From an uncultured bacterium (GTDB taxonomy: Bacteria > Zhuqueibacterota > QNDG01 > CAYUAG01): a stretch of DNA of 64,000 nucleotides. Below are positions 17,650 through 27,649 of this stretch, piece by piece. The number at the start of each line of letters is the position of its first letter. Position 1 is the stretch's first letter. The notes below the pieces were generated by a model, which saw nothing but the letters and a program-made list of their open reading frames with translations, searched no databases and was not told the origin of the DNA. Location: the NCBI GenBank assembly GCA_964515295.1, contig CAZETW010000003.1, forward strand, positions 4,768 through 68,767, given 5' to 3'. The position numbers and the translations under genes were made by a program.

Positions 17650-19326
17650 ATGAAGAGAGACTTAGAAAAGTTGTCAGACAAGACCTATGATTTGCTTATC
17701 ATGGGAGGCGGTATTTATGGTGCAGCAGCTGCCTGGGAAGCTTCCCTTCAGGGCCTTTCTGTGGCCTTGATCGAGCAGAATGATTTTGGTGGGGCAACTT
17801 CTGCCAACAGTTTGAAAATTATTCATGGCGGGTTGCGTTATCTTCAGCAGTTTGATATCATCCGTATGAGAGAATCCATACGGGAACGGCGGTTACTGAT
17901 GCAGCTGGCACCTCATTTAGTTCATCCGCTTACCTGTGTCATGCCTACTTTTGGTCATTTTATGAAAGGCAGAGAGGTGATGACTGCAGGGATGCTGATG
18001 AATGATATAATCAGCTTTGACCGGAACCGTCTTGATGATCCGGAAAAGAAAATACCCATGGGGAAAGTTATTTCCAAAAAGAAATGTCTGGAGATGGTGC
18101 CTTTTGTTGATCCGGATAAATACAATGGGGGAGCTTTGTGGACTGATGGCCAGGTGTATAATACTGAACGTCTTACACTGGCGTTTATCAGCTCAGCCGT
18201 TGAAATGGGTGCTGAGGTGGCAAATTATCTAAAAGGGATCCAGTTACATCAAACAGATGATCAGATAAAAGGTGTGAAGGTAAAGGATCAACTCACAGGC
18301 AAAGAGTTTTCAATTTCATGCAAAATGCTGTTGAATACCTGCGGCGGATGGGTAAGTGAATTTCTAAGTAAATCTAATGTTTTTGACAAGCTGCCTCCGG
18401 TTCAGCTGTCCACAGCTCTGAATTTGGTAGTGAAAAAGAAATTACTTAAAAAAAACGCAGCAGGGGTGTACAGTAATTATCAATATACCTTGCCGGATGG
18501 AAACAGGAAAAAAATCAGACGGGTGCTGTTTATGACTCCCTGGAGAGATCATACCATCATAGGAACATTTCATCGGCCATTTCAGAATAGTCCGGACAGT
18601 ATGCAGGTCAGTGAAAAAGAGATACAAGAGGCTTTGAAAGAAGCTAATACTGCCCTGCATAAAGAGAAAATAACCAGGGATGAGGTGAGCTTTGTTTTAA
18701 AGGGATTTCTTCCCATGGATGGTATTGACACAAAAACCGGGGAAGTAATACTTACAAAGCATTATTCACTGTTTGATCATGAGAAGGAAAATGGAACAGG
18801 AGGAATAATCAGTGTATCAGGAGTGAAATATACTACTGCCCGGGATGTAGCTGAGAAGAGTATAAAACAGGTGTTAAAGAAGCTAAATAAAAAGCCCACA
18901 TCAATTGATCATTTCAATATGAGACTTTCCGGAGGCAATATTGACAGGTTTGATGATTTTTTGGCCTCTGCCATAAATTCATATGGGTCAGATTTCAGTG
19001 AAAAAACAATAAAACACCTGGTTCTGAATTACGGTTCAGCGTATGAAAAGATATGTAATATATGTACTGCAGATTCAGAATCGGGAAGACTGATCAAAGG
19101 ATCAGATGAAGTTATACTGGCTGAAGTTCTTTATGCTGTAAGAGAAGAAATGGCTCACAAACTATCCGATGTGATTTTCAGACGTACTGATCTAGGAACA
19201 GCCGGAAATCCCGGAGATGGAGTTCTAAACGACTGTCTCCAACTTATGGGTAACGAATTAAATTGGGATAAAAGCAGAAAAGAACAAGAAACTGAACAAG
19301 TAAAAAATATGTATAAAACAGAGTAA
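17650..19326 (+). CDS. FAD-dependent oxidoreductase, glycerol-3-phosphate dehydrogenase/oxidase (GlpD/GlpA)-like
   Basis: 558 aa; dinucleotide-binding YDLLIMGGGIYGAAAAWEA and GlpD-type SANSLKIIHGGLRYL motif. Confidence 0.8.
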   Translation: MKRDLEKLSDKTYDLLIMGGGIYGAAAAWEASLQGLSVALIEQNDFGGATSANSLKIIHGGLRYLQQFDIIRMRESIRERRLLMQLAPHLVHPLTCVMPTFGHFMKGREVMTAGMLMNDIISFDRNRLDDPEKKIPMGKVISKKKCLEMVPFVDPDKYNGGALWTDGQVYNTERLTLAFISSAVEMGAEVANYLKGIQLHQTDDQIKGVKVKDQLTGKEFSISCKMLLNTCGGWVSEFLSKSNVFDKLPPVQLSTALNLVVKKKLLKKNAAGVYSNYQYTLPDGNRKKIRRVLFMTPWRDHTIIGTFHRPFQNSPDSMQVSEKEIQEALKEANTALHKEKITRDEVSFVLKGFLPMDGIDTKTGEVILTKHYSLFDHEKENGTGGIISVSGVKYTTARDVAEKSIKQVLKKLNKKPTSIDHFNMRLSGGNIDRFDDFLASAINSYGSDFSEKTIKHLVLNYGSAYEKICNICTADSESGRLIKGSDEVILAEVLYAVREEMAHKLSDVIFRRTDLGTAGNPGDGVLNDCLQLMGNELNWDKSRKEQETEQVKNMYKTE

Positions 19327-19337
19327 GAGATTATGAT

Positions 19338-20327
19338 ATGAAGAAACAAGTATTAGTAACAGGGGCATCAGGGTTCACCGGAGGATACTTATGTAAGGCT
19401 TTGATAAATAAAGGGTATACAGTCAAAGGTCTGGTACTGCCAGATATTAATACAGAGGATCTGGAAAAGAGCGGAGTGGAAATTGTCATAGGGGATTTAT
19501 GTGATAAAGACAGTTTGGTTCCTGCACTTAAAGGAGTGGAGAAGGTGTATCATATAGCAGCTGTATACCGGGAGCAGAATATTCCAGAACAGCTTTTTTT
19601 TAAAGTTAATGTAGATGGGACCAGGAATCTTCTAGAAGTGTCAAAATCTGAAGGAGTCCAACGGTTTATTCACTGCAGTACTGCAGGGGTTCAGGGAGAA
19701 ATTGATAATCCTCCTGCAACAGAGGAACATCCCTATAATCCCGGGGATTACTATCAGGAATCTAAAATGAAAGGTGAAATTCTTGCCCTCAATTTTTTCA
19801 AAGAGCAGGGTCTCCCAGGAGTGGTATTCCGTCCGGTGGGAATTTACGGTCCCGGAGATACTCGTTTTCTTAAACTTTTTAAACATATAAATAAAGGAAC
19901 TTTCCGTATGCTTGGTTCCGGAGAAGTTCTCTATCACCTTACCTATATAGATGATCTGGTGGAGGGCATCATATTAATGGGAAAAACCCCAAATATTGAA
20001 GGTGAAGTCATCACTCTGGCTGGAGCAAGGTATACAACCCTGAATGAATTGGTAGAAATCATTGCAGATGTACTTGGAGTGAAATCTTCCAAGACGCATA
20101 TTCCGGTATGGCCGGTCTGGCTGGCAGGCGCAGTCTGTGAATTTTTATGTAAACCTTTTAACATTAATCCCCCCATTTACAGACGAAGGGTGGATTTCTT
20201 TTTAAAAGACCGTGCTTTTGATATTACCAAAGCAAAAAGCCTTTTAGAATACGATCCCAAAGTAGATTTGCATACCGGACTTAAGCGTACTGCGGAATGG
20301 TATACATCTCAGGGATTATTGACCTGA
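19338..20327 (+). CDS. NAD-dependent epimerase/dehydratase (extended SDR)
   Basis: 329 aa; VLVTGASGFTGGYL, YQESKMKGE. Confidence 0.85.
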   Translation: MKKQVLVTGASGFTGGYLCKALINKGYTVKGLVLPDINTEDLEKSGVEIVIGDLCDKDSLVPALKGVEKVYHIAAVYREQNIPEQLFFKVNVDGTRNLLEVSKSEGVQRFIHCSTAGVQGEIDNPPATEEHPYNPGDYYQESKMKGEILALNFFKEQGLPGVVFRPVGIYGPGDTRFLKLFKHINKGTFRMLGSGEVLYHLTYIDDLVEGIILMGKTPNIEGEVITLAGARYTTLNELVEIIADVLGVKSSKTHIPVWPVWLAGAVCEFLCKPFNINPPIYRRRVDFFLKDRAFDITKAKSLLEYDPKVDLHTGLKRTAEWYTSQGLLT

Positions 20328-20375
20328 TAATGATATAGTATCATTTAAGAACCATGTACTACTCTTTAATATAAT

Positions 20376-22151
20376 GTGAAAAAAATGAAAAAAAAGACCA
20401 TTGACATCCAGAAAGAACTTATTAAAAAGGGTGGAAAAGTAAAGAAATATCAGGATCTTATCCTTGGCCGAAAGAATATTCTGATCTTATTAAAATATGA
20501 ACTTATTACTTCTTTCACTCAATCACTGCCCGGAGCTGTGGGATTATGGCTGAGAAGCAAACTGTATCCGAAGCTGTTAGGATTGGTGGGCGATAATGTT
20601 ACTTTTGGTTCCGGAATTGTGATCAGACATCCTCATAAAATTTTTATAGGAGATAATGTTGTTATTGATGATAATTGTGTACTTGATGCTAAGGGGAGTG
20701 ACAACAGAGGCATTTTTATCGGGGATGGAGTCTTTATAGGAAGAAATACAGTATTTAACTGTCAGAATGGAGATATAATTCTTGATAATGGAGTTAATAT
20801 CGGATCAAATTGTATGATTTTTTCTGCCAGCAGAGTTAATGTGGGAGAAAAGAATTTACTGGCAGCGTATTGTTATCTGGTAGGAGGTACACATAATTTT
20901 CAGGATCCCCGTCTGCCTGTACTGGATCAGGGGCGCAGCTCACAGGGAATTGAAATCGGACCAGGAGGATGGCTTGGAGCTCATGTAACTGTATTTGACG
21001 GAGTACGGCTGGGTAAAAATGTCGTCGTAGGTGCTGGTTCAGTAGTATCCAGGAAACTTCCGGATTATTGTATTGCAGGAGGTAATCCGGTTACTATAAT
21101 AAACAAAAGGAGAGTTGAGGAAATTCCATCCATAAAGAAGAAGGTAACAGTTGGTATAATTAACTACAACAATGAAAATGTGATTTTTGAGACTATTGAA
21201 TCTGTCTTAAAACAGAACTATAACGCCATAGATGAAGTTGTTATAGTGGATAATTGTTCAACAGATAATAGTATCAATCTTGTCAGGAAAAAATATCCTG
21301 ATCTTCGGATACTTACAACCAAGAGCAACAGAGGGCCCAATCCTGCCCGGAATAAAATTCTGAAAGAGTCAGATTCAGAATTAGTCCTATTAATTGATGG
21401 AGATATTGTGTTGTCTGAGAATACAGTATCAGAATTAATAGATGCTTTTCGATTGTATCCGGATGCAGGGATCGCAACAGCTCAAATCAGAAGTTATGAA
21501 GATCATACTCATATTCAATACAATGGAAGTAATATTCATTTTGTAGGAGGAGCAATTGCAAATCCCTATGAGCTTGAAAAACCTTTTCGTGTAGGAGCTT
21601 CTCCGGGCGGAATAATGATGGTAGATAGGAAGAAAGCAGAAGAGATAGGATATTTTGATGAGGATTTTATTTTTGGCTGGGAAGACGGAGACTTCAGTTT
21701 CAGAATGACTATATGCGGGTATCCTTGTCTGGTTGTATCTAAAGTTCATGTGTATCACAGGCAGGGGAAAAAAGGTATTCGCTGGGTAAAGTATCAGGTG
21801 AGAAACCGGATATGGTTTATTTTTAAAAATTATAACTGGAGGACAATTATAATTTTATTACCGGCTATCATATTCTATCAGATATGGGTATTCGGTTTCT
21901 TTCTAATACAGGGGAAAGGGCTTGATTATATAAAAGGAATATTTTCAGTATGTAAAGGATTGCCTGGTATACTTAAAAAACGTCAAAAAATCATGAAAAT
22001 CAAAAGCAGACCGGATAAAAGAACTCTTCGGGGCAGGGGAATAAATATGGTTGGAGAAGCCGGAGATAAATTGTATGTTCGAATAGCAATAAAACTATTA
22101 AACATTACTATGAAAATATATTGGCTGGGAGCGAAATGGTTCATAAAGTAA
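20376..22151 (+). CDS. fusion protein: left-handed beta-helix (hexapeptide) acetyltransferase + glycosyltransferase family 2
   Basis: 591 aa; residues ~60-245 hexapeptide repeats (IGDNVVIDDNCVLD..., WcaF/CysE-like HNFQDPRLPV); residues ~255-480 GT2 fold (VGIINYNNE...VIVDNCSTD...DGD...GWEDGDF); C-terminal hydrophobic tail. Confidence 0.8.
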   Translation: MKKMKKKTIDIQKELIKKGGKVKKYQDLILGRKNILILLKYELITSFTQSLPGAVGLWLRSKLYPKLLGLVGDNVTFGSGIVIRHPHKIFIGDNVVIDDNCVLDAKGSDNRGIFIGDGVFIGRNTVFNCQNGDIILDNGVNIGSNCMIFSASRVNVGEKNLLAAYCYLVGGTHNFQDPRLPVLDQGRSSQGIEIGPGGWLGAHVTVFDGVRLGKNVVVGAGSVVSRKLPDYCIAGGNPVTIINKRRVEEIPSIKKKVTVGIINYNNENVIFETIESVLKQNYNAIDEVVIVDNCSTDNSINLVRKKYPDLRILTTKSNRGPNPARNKILKESDSELVLLIDGDIVLSENTVSELIDAFRLYPDAGIATAQIRSYEDHTHIQYNGSNIHFVGGAIANPYELEKPFRVGASPGGIMMVDRKKAEEIGYFDEDFIFGWEDGDFSFRMTICGYPCLVVSKVHVYHRQGKKGIRWVKYQVRNRIWFIFKNYNWRTIIILLPAIIFYQIWVFGFFLIQGKGLDYIKGIFSVCKGLPGILKKRQKIMKIKSRPDKRTLRGRGINMVGEAGDKLYVRIAIKLLNITMKIYWLGAKWFIK

Positions 22152-23314
22152 CAAATAGCGGTAAAATAAATGTGATGTTTTTTATTTCCAGTTATGGATT
22201 GGGAGGATATGAAGGAGTTCTGAAAAATTTAGTTGATAATTTTGACAAAAAAGAATTCAATATCACTGCCGTTCTTTGTTATCCCTTATATACTTCAAAA
22301 AATTTATCTGCAAGGATGAGGGAAAAGTATTTCAGATTTTTAGATTGGAAAGATGTAAAAAGATATGTAATTAAGATAAGATCTCCTTTTCATATACATG
22401 TTATATTAAGACTGGTAAACATTCTGAAGCAGCAAAAAATAGATGTATTATTTTTTTTTGCATTAGGGATGGGAACCTTTATTGCACCGATAGCCGGTAT
22501 TATTGCCCGTATTCAGGTACTTATCAGAACTGATGCAAATCTACTTCATGGATTATATCCTCCGGTTTTTAAACCATTAGATAATCTATTATTAAAATAT
22601 GTTGATAAAATTGTTTTTCCGGCAGACTATTTAAAAAATGAATATATGAAAAATTTTGATATTGAGGAAAGTAAACTTACCAGAATTTACAACGGAGTGG
22701 ATCTGTCAGTATTTTCGAAAGAACAAAAAACCAGTCAGATCAGGAATGAATTAGGTATTGATAAACAATATAATATAATAGGCATTATTGCGAATCTCAC
22801 TCCGGTAAAATCACATAAGATCCTTATACATGCTTTTCCTGCGGTTGTTAAAAAGCGCCCACAGACAAAATTGTTAATCATTGGTGAAGGTCCCCAGGAT
22901 GATGAACTGAGGCAGTTGGTTTCACAGTTAAATCTTGAAGATCATATTATATTTCTGGGATACAGATCCGATACTGCACAGTTAATATCAATATTTGATA
23001 TAGGTGTACTGTGTTCCATGAGTGAAATACATCCGGTGGCATTGTTAGAAATTATGGCATGTGGCGTTCCTGTTATTGCTCCTGCAGTTGGAGGAATACC
23101 GGAAATAGTTCAACATGAAGAAAATGGTCTTCTTTTTTCAGCAGGAAAATCAAATGAACTGAGTCAGCATATAATCAGATTACTGACAAATAAAAAAGAA
23201 GCAAAAATGTTTGCTAAAAAAGGGCAGATGTTTGTAAAGGAGCATTTTTCATTACAAAAAATGATAGTTAACTATCAGAATCTTATTATGGACATGTATC
23301 AAAATAATGAATGA
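22121..23314 (+). CDS. glycosyltransferase family 4
   Basis: 397 aa; GT-B C-domain LIIGEGPQDDEL...EIHPVALLEIMACGVPVIAPAVGGIPE; 31-nt overlap with upstream gene (alternative start ATG 22136). Confidence 0.8.
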   Translation: MAGSEMVHKVTNSGKINVMFFISSYGLGGYEGVLKNLVDNFDKKEFNITAVLCYPLYTSKNLSARMREKYFRFLDWKDVKRYVIKIRSPFHIHVILRLVNILKQQKIDVLFFFALGMGTFIAPIAGIIARIQVLIRTDANLLHGLYPPVFKPLDNLLLKYVDKIVFPADYLKNEYMKNFDIEESKLTRIYNGVDLSVFSKEQKTSQIRNELGIDKQYNIIGIIANLTPVKSHKILIHAFPAVVKKRPQTKLLIIGEGPQDDELRQLVSQLNLEDHIIFLGYRSDTAQLISIFDIGVLCSMSEIHPVALLEIMACGVPVIAPAVGGIPEIVQHEENGLLFSAGKSNELSQHIIRLLTNKKEAKMFAKKGQMFVKEHFSLQKMIVNYQNLIMDMYQNNE

Positions 23315-24785
23315 TAATAACAGAAATATCTCAAACAGTCAGAAACTGGTTGGCAATACTTTATTGAGCAGTATATCCGAGATGTCATTGGTTTTTAGTT
23401 CGGTATTCTTTATACTGGCGGCTCGTTTTCTGGGTGATACTCTTCTGGGAATGTTCAATACAGCTATTGAATTTGTAGGATTATTTGTATTTCTGGTAGT
23501 CTTTGGCTTCAATTATTCTATCACCAAAGTTGTGGTACGTGACAGAGAACAAATGCCTAAATATGTTGTTAATGCCTTATTCATACAACTGCTTGTAGGG
23601 TTTGTTGTTTTTGGGATCTGTATTTTAGTAGCATATTTTTTAAAAACCAAGTATCCATTAAAGGTTCGTTACGTGATAATGATTGTTTTTGCAGCGGAAA
23701 CCTTCAGATCATTTAATTTTACATTGCGCACTTCGTTTAAAGCATTGGGAAAATTCAACTATGATGTGATTGCAGTTGTTTCTGAACGTTCATTCTTAAT
23801 GCTGGTTGGGGGATTTTTGTTAATAAAGGGAGCAGGATTGTTTACTGCTGCTGCTATACTTCTGGCCGGAAGAGTGATCAGTTTTAGTATACTAGTGGGA
23901 TTTCTTGGCAAGTCTGAAAAATGGAGGTCACCGCGTCTGGAATGGGCTACCTGTACTATGCTGATTAAGGAAAGTATAATTTTTATTACTCAGACTGGTA
24001 TCACTAAAATATATGAACATGCTGATGTTGTAATGATTTCTTTAATGAGAAAATTTGAGGAAGTAGGATGGTACAGTTTAGCCAGAAGGATACTAAAAGT
24101 ATCCTGGTTTGTACCGGATATTATTACTTCAGCAGTATATCCTGAATTAAGTTCGCGGCATTTGGTTTCCAGAAGACTGGTATGCAGGTTATTTGACAGA
24201 TCTTTTAAATATATTTTAATGATTGCTATTTTGATTACCATGGGTGTGGTATTATTATCCGAAATAGTAATTATCGGTCTTGTGGGAAAAGAATATGTTA
24301 ATTCAGTCATTGTTCTCATACTTTTAGGAATTGCAATTCTTCCCTCTTATTTACGATTTCTCTTTGGCACTACCTTAATAGCCATAAATAAACAAAAATT
24401 AGTTATGATAATCATTATTTTCAGAAGCATTTCAAACATAGTTCTGAATTTAATCTTTATAGGTCTCTATGGTTTTATAGGAGCAGCAATTGCAACAGTG
24501 AGTACAGAATACTTGTCTTTAGTCATATTTATAGTATATTTAAAGCAGGAGAATATTATACATATTGGTCAGCTGAAATTTATTTATAAACCTTTTGTTG
24601 CAGTATTGACAGTGATTCCTTTATATTTTGTTTTAGATTCATTAAATGATATATTAAAAGCATTAATAATGATAGTAGTCTATGGTGCTGTGGTTCTTGT
24701 ATTGAAGTTTTTTGATTCTGAAGAAATTGCTGTATTTAAAGAATTTATCACAAATAAACTAATAAAAAAGAGACAGTCAAGATGA
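23307..24785 (+). CDS. Wzx-like polysaccharide flippase (MOP/MATE superfamily)
   Basis: 492 aa, ~12-14 predicted TM helices, typical Polysacc_synt topology. Confidence 0.7.
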   Translation: MNDNNRNISNSQKLVGNTLLSSISEMSLVFSSVFFILAARFLGDTLLGMFNTAIEFVGLFVFLVVFGFNYSITKVVVRDREQMPKYVVNALFIQLLVGFVVFGICILVAYFLKTKYPLKVRYVIMIVFAAETFRSFNFTLRTSFKALGKFNYDVIAVVSERSFLMLVGGFLLIKGAGLFTAAAILLAGRVISFSILVGFLGKSEKWRSPRLEWATCTMLIKESIIFITQTGITKIYEHADVVMISLMRKFEEVGWYSLARRILKVSWFVPDIITSAVYPELSSRHLVSRRLVCRLFDRSFKYILMIAILITMGVVLLSEIVIIGLVGKEYVNSVIVLILLGIAILPSYLRFLFGTTLIAINKQKLVMIIIIFRSISNIVLNLIFIGLYGFIGAAIATVSTEYLSLVIFIVYLKQENIIHIGQLKFIYKPFVAVLTVIPLYFVLDSLNDILKALIMIVVYGAVVLVLKFFDSEEIAVFKEFITNKLIKKRQSR

Positions 24786-26596
24786 TTTTTGGTGTTACTG
24801 GAAATTTGCTGAAAAATAAATATAAAGACAGAGTCAACAGGTTACTTTCAGAAAAAGATACTGAAATCTCCAGAATCAGCTTTTCAGAAATGGATATTTA
24901 TTATAAAGGTAATGACTCTGGTAACGATATGCAGCAGGTGAAACAGAAAGATACTGGTTTAGTTATTAATGGAGAGCTTTACAAGTGTAAGGGAACAGAA
25001 AATACTACTAAAGGAGTATTGAGTTTATATAAGAAAAAGGGGATTTCTTTCTTAGAATCATTAAATGGTTCATATATACTGGCACTATCTGATGCTCGTA
25101 ATAAGCAGGTCATTATAGCTTCTGATAAGATGAATACGCAATCTATATTTTACAGTTTTGAGGAAGATGGCCTGATTTTTTCTTCTGATTTAAAATTTTT
25201 AGCTCATTTTTTACAAAGAACTGTACATATTGAACCTTTGGCGCTTATGAAATATTTAACGTTCTGTTATAATCCCGGAAGTCAGACATTTTTTCAGGGT
25301 ATTCAGCGTTTACTCCCGGGTTATTTTCTTTTCTGGAGCAAGGAAGGAGGACAAAAAAAGAAATACTGGAGTTTGTCCTTTAGTTCCCAGACAGAGGAAA
25401 AAACAGAAAAAGTGGGGGAGACTATACGGGAGAAACTTACTGAGGCAGTCAGAATACGAGCAGATCGAAGAAAAAAAATTGGTGCATTCTTGAGCGGCGG
25501 GTTAGATTCTTCCAGTATAGTTTCTCTGCTTTCTTCCTATACTAAACAGAATATTCCTACCTATTCCTTCCGGTGTAAGGGTAAATCCTTTGATGAATCT
25601 TATTATGCCAGGATGGTTTCAGATCACTGTAAAGCTCGATTTAATTTAATTGAGTACTCTCCTGAAGATGTACTAAAAGCTGAGAACATGGTAGAGTTAA
25701 TGGATGAACCTTTCTGTGATGTTGGTATTAATATAGCAACATATCTTTTAAGTGAAAATGCAGCAGGAAAGATTTCCAGTATTTTTACCGGAGACGGAGG
25801 GGATGAATTATTCGCCGGGCATCCTGTTTATGTTGCTGATAAAGTAACTAAAATGATTCATTGGATACCGGAGGCAATATTAAATTCGTTTTTCAGGTTT
25901 GGAAGAAGTTTAAAGGATTCTGAGAAGAAAAAAGATGTACGGGTGAAATTTAAGAGATTTTCTGAAAGTTACCGATATCCCGAAGAGCTGGGTACACATC
26001 GATGGAGAGTATATTATAACCCTTCAGATCTAAAAAGACTTTTAGTACAGGGGTGGTGGCATGGTGAAAACCCGGAGAATATATTTGAAGATATAATACA
26101 GTTTAATAAGCAGACAGATGGGAAAGATATACTGAGCAGATCCCTTGCTTCAGACTATCAGACTGTTGTACAGTTTTATTTAAGAAGAATGACTATAGCC
26201 AGACGCATGGGATTACAACCCAGGATGCCCATGCTTGATCCTGATCTGGTGAGCTATTGTGCGACTGTACCCTCAAAATTGAAAATAAAAGGCTTTTCAG
26301 ATGTAAAGTATATTGAGAAAATTGCAATTGAACCACTGTTGCCAAGAGAAGTTGTATACCGGAAGGATAAACTGGGGCACAGCATCCCTTTGAAAAATTG
26401 GTTGATTGACAATGCTCAAGTTAAGGAATTTGTGTATGATTTGATTTCTGAGAATACCATCAGATCGCGTAATTATTTTAATCCTGAATATATTAATAGA
26501 ATGAAGGAGGATCATCTCAACAGAGTACGAAATAATTCGCATCGCCTCTGGGCCCTGGCTGTTCTGGAACTCTGGCTGAAGTCTCTTGAACATTAA
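24782..26596 (+). CDS. asparagine-synthetase-like amidotransferase paralog lacking N-terminal catalytic cysteine
   Basis: 604 aa; PP-loop AFLSGGLDSSS present; N-terminus MIFGVTGN instead of MCG(I/V). Confidence 0.8.
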   Translation: MIFGVTGNLLKNKYKDRVNRLLSEKDTEISRISFSEMDIYYKGNDSGNDMQQVKQKDTGLVINGELYKCKGTENTTKGVLSLYKKKGISFLESLNGSYILALSDARNKQVIIASDKMNTQSIFYSFEEDGLIFSSDLKFLAHFLQRTVHIEPLALMKYLTFCYNPGSQTFFQGIQRLLPGYFLFWSKEGGQKKKYWSLSFSSQTEEKTEKVGETIREKLTEAVRIRADRRKKIGAFLSGGLDSSSIVSLLSSYTKQNIPTYSFRCKGKSFDESYYARMVSDHCKARFNLIEYSPEDVLKAENMVELMDEPFCDVGINIATYLLSENAAGKISSIFTGDGGDELFAGHPVYVADKVTKMIHWIPEAILNSFFRFGRSLKDSEKKKDVRVKFKRFSESYRYPEELGTHRWRVYYNPSDLKRLLVQGWWHGENPENIFEDIIQFNKQTDGKDILSRSLASDYQTVVQFYLRRMTIARRMGLQPRMPMLDPDLVSYCATVPSKLKIKGFSDVKYIEKIAIEPLLPREVVYRKDKLGHSIPLKNWLIDNAQVKEFVYDLISENTIRSRNYFNPEYINRMKEDHLNRVRNNSHRLWALAVLELWLKSLEH

Positions 26597-26659
26597 TAGT
26601 CCAAAATTTAAACATGAGAAATAAATGTTCAGAAATCATTATTAACTATAGTTCACTAT

Positions 26660-27649
26660 ATGAAAAGAAAAAATGAGTATAAAAAAAAATCTCTCTCAGT
26701 AGTTATTCCTCTCTATAATGAGAAAAAAAATGTTGTTCCTCTTTTTAAAGCCTTAAAAAAGGTGTTGCTGAATATGAAAAGAGAGGTGGAAATAATTTTT
26801 GTGGATGACGGCAGTAAAGACGGAACCAGAGAGGTTTTAAGAGAGATAGCACAGAAAGAAAATATAGTGAAAGTTATTTTTTTACGGAAAAATTTTGGTC
26901 AGTCAGCTGCCCTGGATGCCGGATTTAGAATCAGCAGCGGAGAAATTGTAGTGACTATGGATGGTGATCTCCAGAATGATCCGGAAGATATTCCTATGAT
27001 TATAGGAAAAATTGAACAAGGGTATGATGTTGTCAGTGGTTGGAGAAAGGACAGAAAAGACAAGCTTCTTTTCAGAAAAATACCGTCTATAATTGCTAAT
27101 AAGATAATATGTTCAATTACCAAAATCAAACTTCATGATACAGGTTGTGCATTGAAGGGGTACAAGAAAGAAGTAATTGACGGGATACGGCTGTACGGCG
27201 AACTGCATCGGTTTTTACCTGCTTTAACCAGAGTGGAAGGAGCTACAATTACTGAGGTTACAGTGAGACATCATCCCAGAAGGTTCGGAAGGTCAAAATA
27301 TAATTTAACCAGAACTTTCAGAGTATTGATGGATATGGTGTCATTACGTTTTTTTATTAAACATTTACGCAGTCCGTTGGGGTTTTTTGGTAAGATCGGC
27401 ATGCTGATAACTATGGCGGCGTTGATTGGTGCTGTATGGTGTGGATTTCAAATAATTGGTAAAAATATAAGTATTATTAATCTTAATGTACCTCTGACAG
27501 TAGTTTTTCTACTCTTAGTTGCTGGATTTCAATTTATTTTTTTAGGACTTATCGCCAGTCTAATTGTAAAAACCGGGGAGAGAAGTGGTTTTACCTTAAG
27601 TCCTTTTGTTTTGAATATAGATGAGGACAAGAATGAAGATAAAAAATAA
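26660..27649 (+). CDS. GT2 polyprenyl-phosphate sugar synthase (GtrB/ArnC/DPM1-like)
   Basis: 329 aa; VVIPLYNEKKNV, FVDDGSKDGT, DGDLQNDPEDI, two C-terminal TM helices. Confidence 0.8.
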   Translation: MKRKNEYKKKSLSVVIPLYNEKKNVVPLFKALKKVLLNMKREVEIIFVDDGSKDGTREVLREIAQKENIVKVIFLRKNFGQSAALDAGFRISSGEIVVTMDGDLQNDPEDIPMIIGKIEQGYDVVSGWRKDRKDKLLFRKIPSIIANKIICSITKIKLHDTGCALKGYKKEVIDGIRLYGELHRFLPALTRVEGATITEVTVRHHPRRFGRSKYNLTRTFRVLMDMVSLRFFIKHLRSPLGFFGKIGMLITMAALIGAVWCGFQIIGKNISIINLNVPLTVVFLLLVAGFQFIFLGLIASLIVKTGERSGFTLSPFVLNIDEDKNEDKK

